From positions 2,040,001-2,072,000 of the forward strand of contig NC_007484.1 in NCBI RefSeq assembly GCF_000012805.1: DNA of 32,000 nt, read 5' to 3'. The notes under the pieces were generated by a model. That model searched no databases, was not told the DNA's origin, and saw nothing but the letters and a program-made list of their open reading frames with translations. The stretch comes from Nitrosococcus oceani ATCC 19707. Lineage in GTDB: Bacteria; Pseudomonadota; Gammaproteobacteria; Nitrosococcales; Nitrosococcaceae. The position numbers and the translations under genes were made by a program. Below, piece after piece: positions 14,613 to 23,149 of this stretch (the stretch's first letter is position 1; each line of letters starts with the position of its first letter).

Positions 14613-16295
14613 TTAAAATTTTGAAGACAAGGGATTTTGAATAAAATTATAAATATCCAAAGGATTTTTCTCAGTGTTCTCGTTAATATCCTTTAGGCAA
14701 CAGAAAAAATTTCCTTTTTGTCCTATTAAATCTGAATCAAGAAGATAATCAAGAAATGATTTGTCTAAAATATCGCTATTTTTTTTGTCTAACAAATATT
14801 CAACAAGCATATGAAGAAGATCTTCTTCATTACATTTTTTTTGTATTGCTAGTGCATTTATTAAACTAAATGTCGAATTAATAATAAGATAATATCCAAG
14901 AAGTATATGAGCCATCTTTCTATCTAGGATATTTCCATTGTCCAGATCCAGCAAAGGTACCTCTTGCCTCATCTTTTCATAACCAAGGCTGGTATACCCT
15001 GTTCCCTGGCAGTCTCTAAAAATAACCCCAAAGGGATAGCTCTTATCATTTAACTGAACAATTATATTCTGCTGGTGCGCGCCAAAAAGAATGCCATGGT
15101 TAGCTTGGGCCATTATAAATGGATCAAGCACATAGTTAAGATAAAGATAGAACCATTTTTTAGCATCAATGTTACGTGATGAGAAAAAACCTTTTTCCAG
15201 ATAGGGATCAGCTTGCGCTATAGTTGATAAAACAATTGCTTCAGAACACATTTGTCCTCTAAAAGGATTGGCTCTTATGAGCACAATTGTTTCTATAATG
15301 AGATTGCTCGATTTTCCCTTAATAGCAAGAAATGAGGGTTCACATAAGATGTGAAAATTTTTATTTTTGTTAAGGAAATCTTTTCCATTACTAGAATTAA
15401 TCACATCATGAACTTGAATCCCTCTAACAATTTCAACTTCCTGCAAATGTCGGATGGAATTCGTGATTCTCAGCGACAGAGAAAATTTGAGCATATAATG
15501 GCTATTTTCACAGTAAATAGTTCTTAATGAACTTGTCGCCTTCCATTTTAAACGCCCTTCCTTTTCAATTGGTATTAAATCTTTGTCCTTTATTAATTCT
15601 TTAATTTCTTTATGGTTGCTTAGAGATTTAAACTGCCAAGGATGAAAAGGGAATGGTATATAACCGTCCTTAATGACTGTTTCATGATCTTGTTTAAAAA
15701 GATCCGCATACCAATCTATATTATTGAAATACTCAGAATTTTTCTGAATAAGGTGTTCTTTATTCAAGAAAGCCCATTTTAAATTAAAATTTCCTTTAAA
15801 TTCTGGCGCATATAAGTGGTGATCTTCTTGGCTAAATTGCTCTTTACTTTTTGGGCACGGATGGAAATTATGTCCCAGTAATAACGCCTGCTCCGCTTCA
15901 ATAAAGGACAAGGAATTTTTTTTAAAAAGCTTTTTATAATCTTGCTTTCTGTAGTCTAGTATTTGAGCAATATTATTATGGCTTTCCATAATTCTTTGGT
16001 AAAGTCCTGGCATTTCATCATTCTTATTTACCCACCTAAGAAATTCGCGAATGAAATCTTCAAAATTCAAGAATTTCTTTTTGTTTCCTAGAATTTCATA
16101 AAAGATATTTAAATAAGAATGATTTCCTACCCTTGAATAATTCTCAAGCACGATGCTCAAGGTTTGCTCGTTATTTTTAAATATGATTTCGTTATTTTCT
16201 ATTTCAAAATCACTACACTCTCTCAAAAAAGAATTTATAAGAGCGGTAACGGAGTGTTTTTCAGCAAGTTTATTTAACTCGTTATTCTCTTTCAC
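14613..16295 (-). CDS. iucA: IucA/IucC-family NRPS-independent siderophore synthetase
   Basis: It contains FPFHPWQFKSL and GAHQQN motifs and is the first gene of the operon. It has a GTG start with GAGGG 6 nt upstream. Confidence 0.85.
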   Translation of the reverse strand: MKENNELNKLAEKHSVTALINSFLRECSDFEIENNEIIFKNNEQTLSIVLENYSRVGNHSYLNIFYEILGNKKKFLNFEDFIREFLRWVNKNDEMPGLYQRIMESHNNIAQILDYRKQDYKKLFKKNSLSFIEAEQALLLGHNFHPCPKSKEQFSQEDHHLYAPEFKGNFNLKWAFLNKEHLIQKNSEYFNNIDWYADLFKQDHETVIKDGYIPFPFHPWQFKSLSNHKEIKELIKDKDLIPIEKEGRLKWKATSSLRTIYCENSHYMLKFSLSLRITNSIRHLQEVEIVRGIQVHDVINSSNGKDFLNKNKNFHILCEPSFLAIKGKSSNLIIETIVLIRANPFRGQMCSEAIVLSTIAQADPYLEKGFFSSRNIDAKKWFYLYLNYVLDPFIMAQANHGILFGAHQQNIIVQLNDKSYPFGVIFRDCQGTGYTSLGYEKMRQEVPLLDLDNGNILDRKMAHILLGYYLIINSTFSLINALAIQKKCNEEDLLHMLVEYLLDKKNSDILDKSFLDYLLDSDLIGQKGNFFCCLKDINENTEKNPLDIYNFIQNPLSSKF

Positions 16296-16381
16296 TTAAC
16301 CCTCAAGAGACTGCCGTTAAAGATCATGCGAGACGCTGCTTTAATCTATTTTAGGTACGAATACTAGCACTAGTTTATTGC

Positions 16382-16402
16382 TAATACAAATTATTTGTAT
16401 TA
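16382..16402. promoter_or_regulatory. 21-bp perfect palindrome TAATACAAAT-T-ATTTGTATTA; candidate operator in the divergent iucA / transporter promoter region
   Basis: It has 10-1-10 dyad symmetry, verified by hand. It overlaps a minus-strand TATAAT (16404-16399) upstream of iucA. It also sits between a plus-strand TTGCTA (16378-16383) and TATACC (16401-16406) upstream of the transporter ATG at 16438. Confidence 0.4.
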
Positions 16403-16437
16403 TACCTATAGTCTTTAATTTAAATCTGGATACGCCT

Positions 16438-17625
16438 ATGAGTCAATACATCACGCCCCCCGTCTCGCCCACCGCCCTTGCCTTGCCTGGTGCTTGTACC
16501 GGAGCCCTACAAAGCTTGCTCGTGATAGTGCTACCGATTATCCTCGCCCTTACGGGGCTAGAGATTGGGCAGCTAAGCCCGATATTGGGGATCGCGGCCC
16601 TGGGATTCTTGGTGGGCGGCTACGCTTGGCCACGGCGGGTAATACCGGGGCACCGTCGTCGGTTGCTAGAACGGCTCCTGCTCGCTGCTACTGTCAGCCA
16701 GGTGGTGTTTATTGCTGCCTTATCCGCTAGTGCGCTAGAGCTGATCGGGACGGCAATGTTAGCAGCCCTATTGTTCGTTGCCCGGTTCGCCTACGGGCTT
16801 ACCGCTTCAGGCGTGTTTCCCACAGCCCAGGCATGGGCGGCCAGTGAATACCCTGGGCATGCTCGTCATGGCGCCCTAACACGCATGAGCGCTACCGTGC
16901 ATACTGGTCGGGTGCTCATTCCCCTAGCGGCGGCGGCACTAGCTATGTACTGGCCGGAGGGAATACTTACCTTGCTGGTGATTCTGCCCTTTATCGCTCG
17001 GCTGTTGTTACCCCATGAACGGGCTTCCCAAGAGGATGTGCCACTCACTGCACCGACAAATCGATGGCCGGAGGCAACGATTGCCCTGCCGATAGTCCTC
17101 ATTCACATGAGCGTGGGGCTTGCGGAATTTATCATTGGCCCCTATTTGGCCGCCGAGTGGAATATCGCCCTTAGCCATGCACCGGCGTATACAGCCCTGC
17201 TCCTTGCAGGTATAGCTGCTTGCATGGTGCTTGCTCAGCTCGTCAGCCTCCATTACCGCCTCAATCCCTGTTCTCTACTGGTATGGGCTCCGGTGGGCAT
17301 GGCTCTGGGCACGGCCCTGGCCGCTGTCTATCCGCTGGCCCTGCCTGCCGGTTTGGCATTGGTGGCAGTTGCGCTTGCGCTAATATTGCCTGCCTCGGCT
17401 GCTGGCGCTGCCGCTAACCGCAGCCTGCATACTCAGCCACAGGCGGGCGCCGATCTCTACACCGCCCGCATCCTTGGGCATTTGCTTGGCGTCACGGCAG
17501 CAGGTCCCCTGTTTGAAGTCGCCACCCACCTGCCCCTTGTTACCGCAGCGGTCCTCGCGCTTATGGCTATTCCAGCCACGGCGGGGCTGCGGCGAGCCTT
17601 GACTACCCAAGCTATCTATAAATAA
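16438..17625 (+). CDS. Multi-pass membrane transporter, MFS-like (putative siderophore exporter)
   Basis: The 395 aa from the ATG at 16438 are very hydrophobic and rich in Ala, Leu and Gly, with about 10-12 predicted TM stretches. It is divergent from iucA, like the MFS gene next to aerobactin operons in enterobacteria. I did not see textbook MFS signature motifs, so the family call is tentative. Confidence 0.55.
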   Translation: MSQYITPPVSPTALALPGACTGALQSLLVIVLPIILALTGLEIGQLSPILGIAALGFLVGGYAWPRRVIPGHRRRLLERLLLAATVSQVVFIAALSASALELIGTAMLAALLFVARFAYGLTASGVFPTAQAWAASEYPGHARHGALTRMSATVHTGRVLIPLAAAALAMYWPEGILTLLVILPFIARLLLPHERASQEDVPLTAPTNRWPEATIALPIVLIHMSVGLAEFIIGPYLAAEWNIALSHAPAYTALLLAGIAACMVLAQLVSLHYRLNPCSLLVWAPVGMALGTALAAVYPLALPAGLALVAVALALILPASAAGAAANRSLHTQPQAGADLYTARILGHLLGVTAAGPLFEVATHLPLVTAAVLALMAIPATAGLRRALTTQAIYK

Positions 17626-17771
17626 TTCGACAAAAAAATTTGGCGAGCAATAATAAGGATTAATTCCCTGCTCCCCAGCCGCCCCTGGAAGGCACTAAAT
17701 AGCCTGCACGCGGCTACAAAAAAAGCTCTATTGGCCAGGGAAAATGTATTTCAAGAAAACCTAAATTAGGT

Positions 17772-17798
17772 GCTTGGCGCGAAAGTATCGCGCCAAGC
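17772..17798 (-). terminator. Strong hairpin between the convergent transporter and RTX genes
   Basis: GCTTGGCGCG-aaagtat-CGCGCCAAGC forms a perfect 10-bp stem 12 nt downstream of the RTX stop at 17810. T-rich sequence follows on the minus strand. Confidence 0.5.
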
Positions 17799-17809
17799 CT
17801 TTATGCCAA

Positions 17810-18631
17810 TCAGGCCACAGTGAAATAATCGGAAAGATTAGCGGTAACTTCGCTGGCCTCAACGCCAACCAGTTGAATGCTGCTACCTTCGCCCAAATCA
17901 ATCACGGCGCCAGGCTCGCCAACTTCGTCAGTAAAGTTGCTCACGCGGGAGGAGAGATCGTCGATACTTGCGATGCCCGTACCATTGATGTCGGCGGCAA
18001 TCACGAACTGATCGCTTTCCGCATTGAAGCGATTCACCGTATCAGTGCCATCATTACCAGTATAAAAGATTTCATTGGAGCGGTCGCCATCGTCATTACT
18101 ACCCGAACCATAAATAATATCATCACCCCCCTGACCATAAATTTGGTTATGGCCCGAGCCGCCGGAAATCCAGTCGCCGCCATCGCCTCCCAGCACCACG
18201 TCATCGTCCTCGCCACTAAAGATAACGTCCGATTGATCACCCCCCATAATTAGATCGTTACCCGTAGAACCATAGAGGGCATTGGTGCCGGTTACACCAT
18301 AGATCGTATCGTCTCCCTCCTTGCCGAAAAGCTGATCACTGCCTTCTCCGCCCCACAGGAAGTCATTGCCCTCACCCCCGTCAAGCCAATCATTGCCGCT
18401 GCCTCCATACATAAGATCATCACCGGCTTCGCCGAAGATTAGATCATTGCCCGCTTCCGCATAGGCCACATCATTGCCCTCTCCCAGATAGGCAATATCA
18501 TTGGAATAACCCATTCTAACGCCATCGTCGCCAGCACCAGCAAATACTACGGAGGGTCCAGAGGTCCGTATCACATCATTTTCTTCAGAACCAAAAACCA
18601 AACCGCTACCTTCTTGCAAAAAATCAGCCAT
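17810..18631 (-). CDS. RTX (hemolysin-type calcium-binding repeat) protein, a T1SS substrate candidate
   Basis: Almost the whole 273 aa consists of GGxGxD-type nonapeptides (YGGSGNDWLDGGEGNDFLWGGEGSDQLFGKEGDDTIYG...). The repeat-free acidic C-terminal ~70 aa ends in DYFTVA. AGGAG lies 8 nt upstream of the ATG. Confidence 0.85.
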   Translation of the reverse strand: MADFLQEGSGLVFGSEENDVIRTSGPSVVFAGAGDDGVRMGYSNDIAYLGEGNDVAYAEAGNDLIFGEAGDDLMYGGSGNDWLDGGEGNDFLWGGEGSDQLFGKEGDDTIYGVTGTNALYGSTGNDLIMGGDQSDVIFSGEDDDVVLGGDGGDWISGGSGHNQIYGQGGDDIIYGSGSNDDGDRSNEIFYTGNDGTDTVNRFNAESDQFVIAADINGTGIASIDDLSSRVSNFTDEVGEPGAVIDLGEGSSIQLVGVEASEVTANLSDYFTVA

Positions 18632-18830
18632 TTGTTAACTCCTAGTTTTATAAAATAATGCTTTCTGGGGACCATGCCATAGCTAGTAATGCCGCGAAGA
18701 TTGAAGCGCCATGGCGCCACCAGATCGCTTTAAAATTATTTGTTTCCTCCGCAGCAATAATAATTTTAACAATAATAATTAACATTTGCATTAATATTTT
18801 TTATTTAAATAAAATCCCTTACTACTATCG

Positions 18831-20198
18831 TTATTCTTCCCGTATAGTCCGCGCTAACATATCGGCAATAGGTTTGGCTACATAGCTGGCAAAGGTTCGC
18901 TCACCCGTCCTGATCATGACCTCAGCGGGCATGCCGGCAAGCAGTTGTATATTGCTACTCATGTTCTGCTTACCTGCCGCCGTCACCTTGATACGCGCCT
19001 TGTAGTAACGCCCGCCGGTGATCTCATCCTCAAAGGCGTCGGCGCTGATATGCACGACTTCACCTTCAATGACATCGGTCAACCGTTGATTAAAAGCACT
19101 GAAGCGAATCTCCGCATACTGACCGGCGTAGATATTATCGATATCCCGATCGGGAATGCGCGCTTCGACCACGAAACCGCTTCCTGAAGGCACAATAAAC
19201 ATAATGGGATCGCCAGCGTGAATTACGGCGCCAAGAGTATGCACCGTCATCCCAACCACGGTGCCAGTAACGGGCGCGGTGATGGTCGTGCGTTTGACTT
19301 GTTTATTAAGTGCGCTCATGCGTTCTTCGGCCTCGGCAATATTAGCCTGGGCCTGGCGCAACTGCTCCCCAACCTCTTTTTGAAATTCTTGCTGCTTGAG
19401 CCGCTTCTGAGTCTGATTTTCGCTGATCTTAGACCGCAGACGCAGGATCTCCGAATGATACTGGGCAACTTCCCCCTGAATCTGCAGAATTTTCCGCTCC
19501 AGCTCGCGCAGCCGCTGGTTACTCACAAAGCCCTCCTTGAACAAGTGGCGTAAGTCCTTGGCTTCTACCCTCAGTGAAGCCGCCAAGGATTGGCTCACCT
19601 TGATCATCGATTGCAGACCGTCAATCTGCTCCTCCATCTGCACAATTTGCTCGTCAAACCCATGGAGCGTTTCCGCAAGCGCTTCACGACGGGCCTGGAA
19701 CAGGGACTTCTGGACAGCCAAAACTTCTTTAACGCGGGGAAAATGACTATGGCGCAATGCTTCGGAGAACTCGATGGAACCGGCCCCCTGCTGCTCGGCC
19801 AACAAACGCATCCTGGCGACTCCGCTGGTCAAGTACTGCATGCGCGCTATTTGCAGTTGAGAGAGCGCCCGGGTTTTATCCAGGATCAGCAAAGTACTGC
19901 CAGCTTCCACATGATCACCATCTTGAACCCATATTTCTTCGACGATTCCCCCCTCAAGATGCTGGATAGTTTTTTTAAACGATTCCACGGAAACCGCCCC
20001 CGTAGCAACCACGGCAACGGCAAGATCGGCGGTGAGGGCCCAGCCTCCAAAACCGCCAAAGGCAAGCAGCAGGATGACCATTCCCAACCATCGGTAGTAT
20101 TTGTCAGAGATAGGAATTTGCCGGTCTGATGCTGACGGGGTGATTGCCTCTTGCCAGGGGGGAACAATATCAAGCGTGGGTAAGGGAGTGTTTTCCAT
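18831..20198 (-). CDS. HlyD-family type I secretion periplasmic adaptor (membrane fusion protein)
   Basis: It has an N-terminal TM anchor, a long coiled-coil middle, and the lipoyl/barrel motifs typical of AprE/HlyD adaptors (IQHLEGGIVEEIWVQDGDHVEAGSTLLILD ... ITAPVTGTVVG). Confidence 0.9.
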   Translation of the reverse strand: MENTPLPTLDIVPPWQEAITPSASDRQIPISDKYYRWLGMVILLLAFGGFGGWALTADLAVAVVATGAVSVESFKKTIQHLEGGIVEEIWVQDGDHVEAGSTLLILDKTRALSQLQIARMQYLTSGVARMRLLAEQQGAGSIEFSEALRHSHFPRVKEVLAVQKSLFQARREALAETLHGFDEQIVQMEEQIDGLQSMIKVSQSLAASLRVEAKDLRHLFKEGFVSNQRLRELERKILQIQGEVAQYHSEILRLRSKISENQTQKRLKQQEFQKEVGEQLRQAQANIAEAEERMSALNKQVKRTTITAPVTGTVVGMTVHTLGAVIHAGDPIMFIVPSGSGFVVEARIPDRDIDNIYAGQYAEIRFSAFNQRLTDVIEGEVVHISADAFEDEITGGRYYKARIKVTAAGKQNMSSNIQLLAGMPAEVMIRTGERTFASYVAKPIADMLARTIREE

Positions 20199-20205
20199 TT
20201 AGTCT

Positions 20206-21981
20206 TTAATCCTGTTCCTGGGACGAGGAATCCGCGTTGCTTATACTTCTGCCCTGAATGGCTGCTAAATGGCTGACCGTGGGCTTTCCGCCTTTCGCCA
20301 GGTTGGCCTTGGCGAGCTGGGCTAGCACTCGATCCCGGGGACCAAACATGCCCAACTGCCCCTCCCGGAGCATTAGCAACTTATCCACCTGTCTAAGAAT
20401 GCTCTGACGGTGGCTGATCACAAATAACGTGACCCCCTCGACCTTAAGCTCCGTGAGAGCCCGCCCCAGGGCGCGCTCGCCAGTATCATCAAGGTTTGAG
20501 TTGGGCTCATCGAGAACGACCAAAACAGGGTTGCCGTAAAGCGCGCGCGCCAAACCCACCCGCTGGCGCTGGCCCCCGGAGAGCGCCCCGCCAGAAGCGC
20601 TAATATAGGTATCATAGCCATTGGGCAGTTTAAGAATCATGGTATGTATGCCGGCCTTTTTGGCCGCGGTCACCACCTTGCCCGAGTCAACCTCACCAAA
20701 GCGGGCAATATTTTCGCTGATAGTACCGTCGAACAGCTCGATATCCTGGGGCAAGTAGCCGATAAAGGGACCCAGTTCATCCCGGTTCCACTGGGCAATG
20801 TCAGCCCCATCGAGACGCACCTTGCCAACCTGCGCTGGCCAGATACCCAACAGCACCCGGGCCAAGGTTGACTTGCCAGAGGCACTAGGGCCAATGATGC
20901 CGATATGCTCCCCCTTGGCCACGGCAAAATTGAGGCCACGGAGAGTCGCCATGGGAACGCCGGGCGGCGCAGCCGTTACGCTTTCCAATACAATCTCCCC
21001 CTGGGGCGCTGGCAAAGACATGGGGCGGGATTCCCTGGGTGTCTGCTCAAAGAGATCATTGAGACGCTGATAGGCGCTACGCCAGTTAGCGAAGCTTCGC
21101 CAACTGGCCATCATCTGATCAATGGGCGCCAAAGCGCGGCCCATGAGAATCGAGCCGGCAATCATCATCCCGGGGGTCAGGCTATCTTGAAGCACCAACC
21201 ATGCCCCCAAACCGAGAATCAGCGACTGAAACAACAGCCGCAGTATCTTGGAGAGATTGGTCAGTGTGGCAGCCCGATCACTGGCTTGGGACTGCAGGGC
21301 CAAGAAGGTGTGATGCTTGCCGGCCCAGCGTCCCATAAGGCCCGGCAACATGCCCATGGCATGGAGCACCTCTGCGTTCCGCAGATTGCTGTTAGCCAGC
21401 TCCTGGGCCTTGATATGGTCTTTATTGGCCGAGGCCAGCAGTGCCTTGGTGCTCTTTTCGTTGACGATGGCCAAGGACAGCAGAACAATAGCCGCACCGG
21501 TAGCAAAAAACCCCAGCCAAGGATGGAAAAGATAGAGTATTCCCAGGTAGATAGGCGCCCAGGGAGCATCGAAAAAGGCAAACAGCCCATAGCCGCTCAG
21601 AAACTGGCGAAGCTGGGTCAAGTCGCTAAGTGGTTGGGCCGTCTGCCGCCCCTGGCTCAGCACACTACGCTGGAACATGGCGCGATAGAGCCGCCCGCTG
21701 ATCAAGATATCCAGACGATTGCCCATACGAATGAGAATTCGCGAACGCACCAACTCCAGTCCGCCCAGAATAGAGAATAGAAAGATCACCACCAGGGTCA
21801 GTACTAGCAAAGTTTCTTCGCTGCGGGTAACAATGACGCGGTCATAGACCTGGAGCATGTAAAGGGGCGGCACTAACATGAGCAGGTTAATGAACAGACT
21901 GAAAAAACCCACCGAAAAAAAGGATCCCTTGCAAACCTCAAACGCTCTTCGCAGATCCGAGGGCTCTTTTCGCGGGGCCAT
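20206..21981 (-). CDS. Type I secretion ABC transporter (PrtD/AprD type, no C39 peptidase domain)
   Basis: It has an N-terminal 6-TM domain, Walker A GPSASGKST, ABC signature LSGGQRQR and Walker B VLVVLDEP. Confidence 0.9.
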   Translation of the reverse strand: MAPRKEPSDLRRAFEVCKGSFFSVGFFSLFINLLMLVPPLYMLQVYDRVIVTRSEETLLVLTLVVIFLFSILGGLELVRSRILIRMGNRLDILISGRLYRAMFQRSVLSQGRQTAQPLSDLTQLRQFLSGYGLFAFFDAPWAPIYLGILYLFHPWLGFFATGAAIVLLSLAIVNEKSTKALLASANKDHIKAQELANSNLRNAEVLHAMGMLPGLMGRWAGKHHTFLALQSQASDRAATLTNLSKILRLLFQSLILGLGAWLVLQDSLTPGMMIAGSILMGRALAPIDQMMASWRSFANWRSAYQRLNDLFEQTPRESRPMSLPAPQGEIVLESVTAAPPGVPMATLRGLNFAVAKGEHIGIIGPSASGKSTLARVLLGIWPAQVGKVRLDGADIAQWNRDELGPFIGYLPQDIELFDGTISENIARFGEVDSGKVVTAAKKAGIHTMILKLPNGYDTYISASGGALSGGQRQRVGLARALYGNPVLVVLDEPNSNLDDTGERALGRALTELKVEGVTLFVISHRQSILRQVDKLLMLREGQLGMFGPRDRVLAQLAKANLAKGGKPTVSHLAAIQGRSISNADSSSQEQD

Positions 21982-22012
21982 TATTCAGAGGTAATCTATC
22001 GGAGCGAGGGGT

Positions 22013-23125
22013 TCAAGCGTTCGATGGCGAGGGTGATTTTCCTAACCGGGCCCGGCGCTTCTGCCTCTTCCGCCACCAGGTATAGACCCCGGTGACAAAC
22101 AGCAATGTCGGCATCATACCTGCCACCAGAATGACTAAACGGCCGGGCAAGCCCAGAGCAGTCCCGATATGCAGAGGATACTTGAGATCTGCTATCTGCT
22201 GGCCAGGACCGCTGCGTGTCTCATCGTGGGCCATGAGTATTTCGCCAGTAGTGGCATCCAAGGCCACATAGCTGGTACCGTTCGGATGGGGATTATCTGG
22301 ATGCCTTAGCCTGACGATAAAAGGCACCGAGGGCTGAGCCGGAAACTGGAGCCAGGTAGCCCTTTCATCCCCCACAGCCGATTCCGCTATGTTGAGTAAC
22401 TCGGCTGGCGATTTCGATACGGACTGCAAGGGGGAAGCTTTAATGGGCGGCGGCTCCGGTAGACTCGGACCGCCAAACAGGGCAATTAGTGCGGCATTGG
22501 CTTGTTCATGAAAAACCATGGCCGCTCCCGTTAGAGCGCTGCTAAACAGCAGCAATAACGAAATTAGACCCACCGAACGATGGAGCGCAAACCAACGGGC
22601 TACCCGCGCTTCCGTACGAGGCAGACGCAAGGTTTTTAATAACCGCCGCCAGCCAGGCCAGGCAAGCCACAGCCCGGTTACAACCATCAACAGCAGGATC
22701 AGGCCTAGTATGCCATTAGCGAGTAGACCTTGTGCTCCTGCTAATAAATGCACATGCAGATCATGTAGAAATCCCAGCAGCCCGGCATGCTCTCCTCGAA
22801 CGCCGAGAATATCCAAACGCCAAGGATCAATATAAACCCGCTGCAGCGCCTCGTCCTTTACCCAGTATTCGATGCTGTGATTGGGCTCGCGGGGCAAACG
22901 CGCATAGAGCAAAACAGAACTTGGAAACGCAGACCGAATCTTAGTGGTTGCTTCATTGAGCCGAATGGGGCCAGGTTGGGGTTCGACTTGCCAAAGTTCC
23001 GAATTAAAATAAGCATCGAGTTCATCATCGAATACCAGCACGCTGCCGGAGAGTCCGGAGATACAAAATAATGCTCCCGCCATCAACCCGATCCAGAGAT
23101 GCGTTTTCTGCAGCAAACGATACAT
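22013..23125 (-). CDS. PepSY-associated TM-helix protein (PiuB-like iron-regulated membrane protein)
   Basis: The N-terminus MYRLLQKTHLWIGLMAGALFCISGLSGSVLVFDDELD is typical of the family, with four TM segments and a basic C-terminal tail. Confidence 0.8.
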   Translation of the reverse strand: MYRLLQKTHLWIGLMAGALFCISGLSGSVLVFDDELDAYFNSELWQVEPQPGPIRLNEATTKIRSAFPSSVLLYARLPREPNHSIEYWVKDEALQRVYIDPWRLDILGVRGEHAGLLGFLHDLHVHLLAGAQGLLANGILGLILLLMVVTGLWLAWPGWRRLLKTLRLPRTEARVARWFALHRSVGLISLLLLFSSALTGAAMVFHEQANAALIALFGGPSLPEPPPIKASPLQSVSKSPAELLNIAESAVGDERATWLQFPAQPSVPFIVRLRHPDNPHPNGTSYVALDATTGEILMAHDETRSGPGQQIADLKYPLHIGTALGLPGRLVILVAGMMPTLLFVTGVYTWWRKRQKRRARLGKSPSPSNA

Positions 23126-23149
23126 GTTCGTAAATAAACGTGTGTTTTT

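Noticed and set aside
18706-18717. A 12-bp palindrome GCGCCATGGCGC in the spacer upstream of the RTX gene.
   Set aside because: It is short, isolated, and leaves essentially no loop for a hairpin. It is probably fortuitous.
20905-21780. A 291-aa plus-strand ORF.
   Set aside because: It is antisense to the ABC transporter gene, whose Walker A, signature and Walker B motifs are unambiguous.
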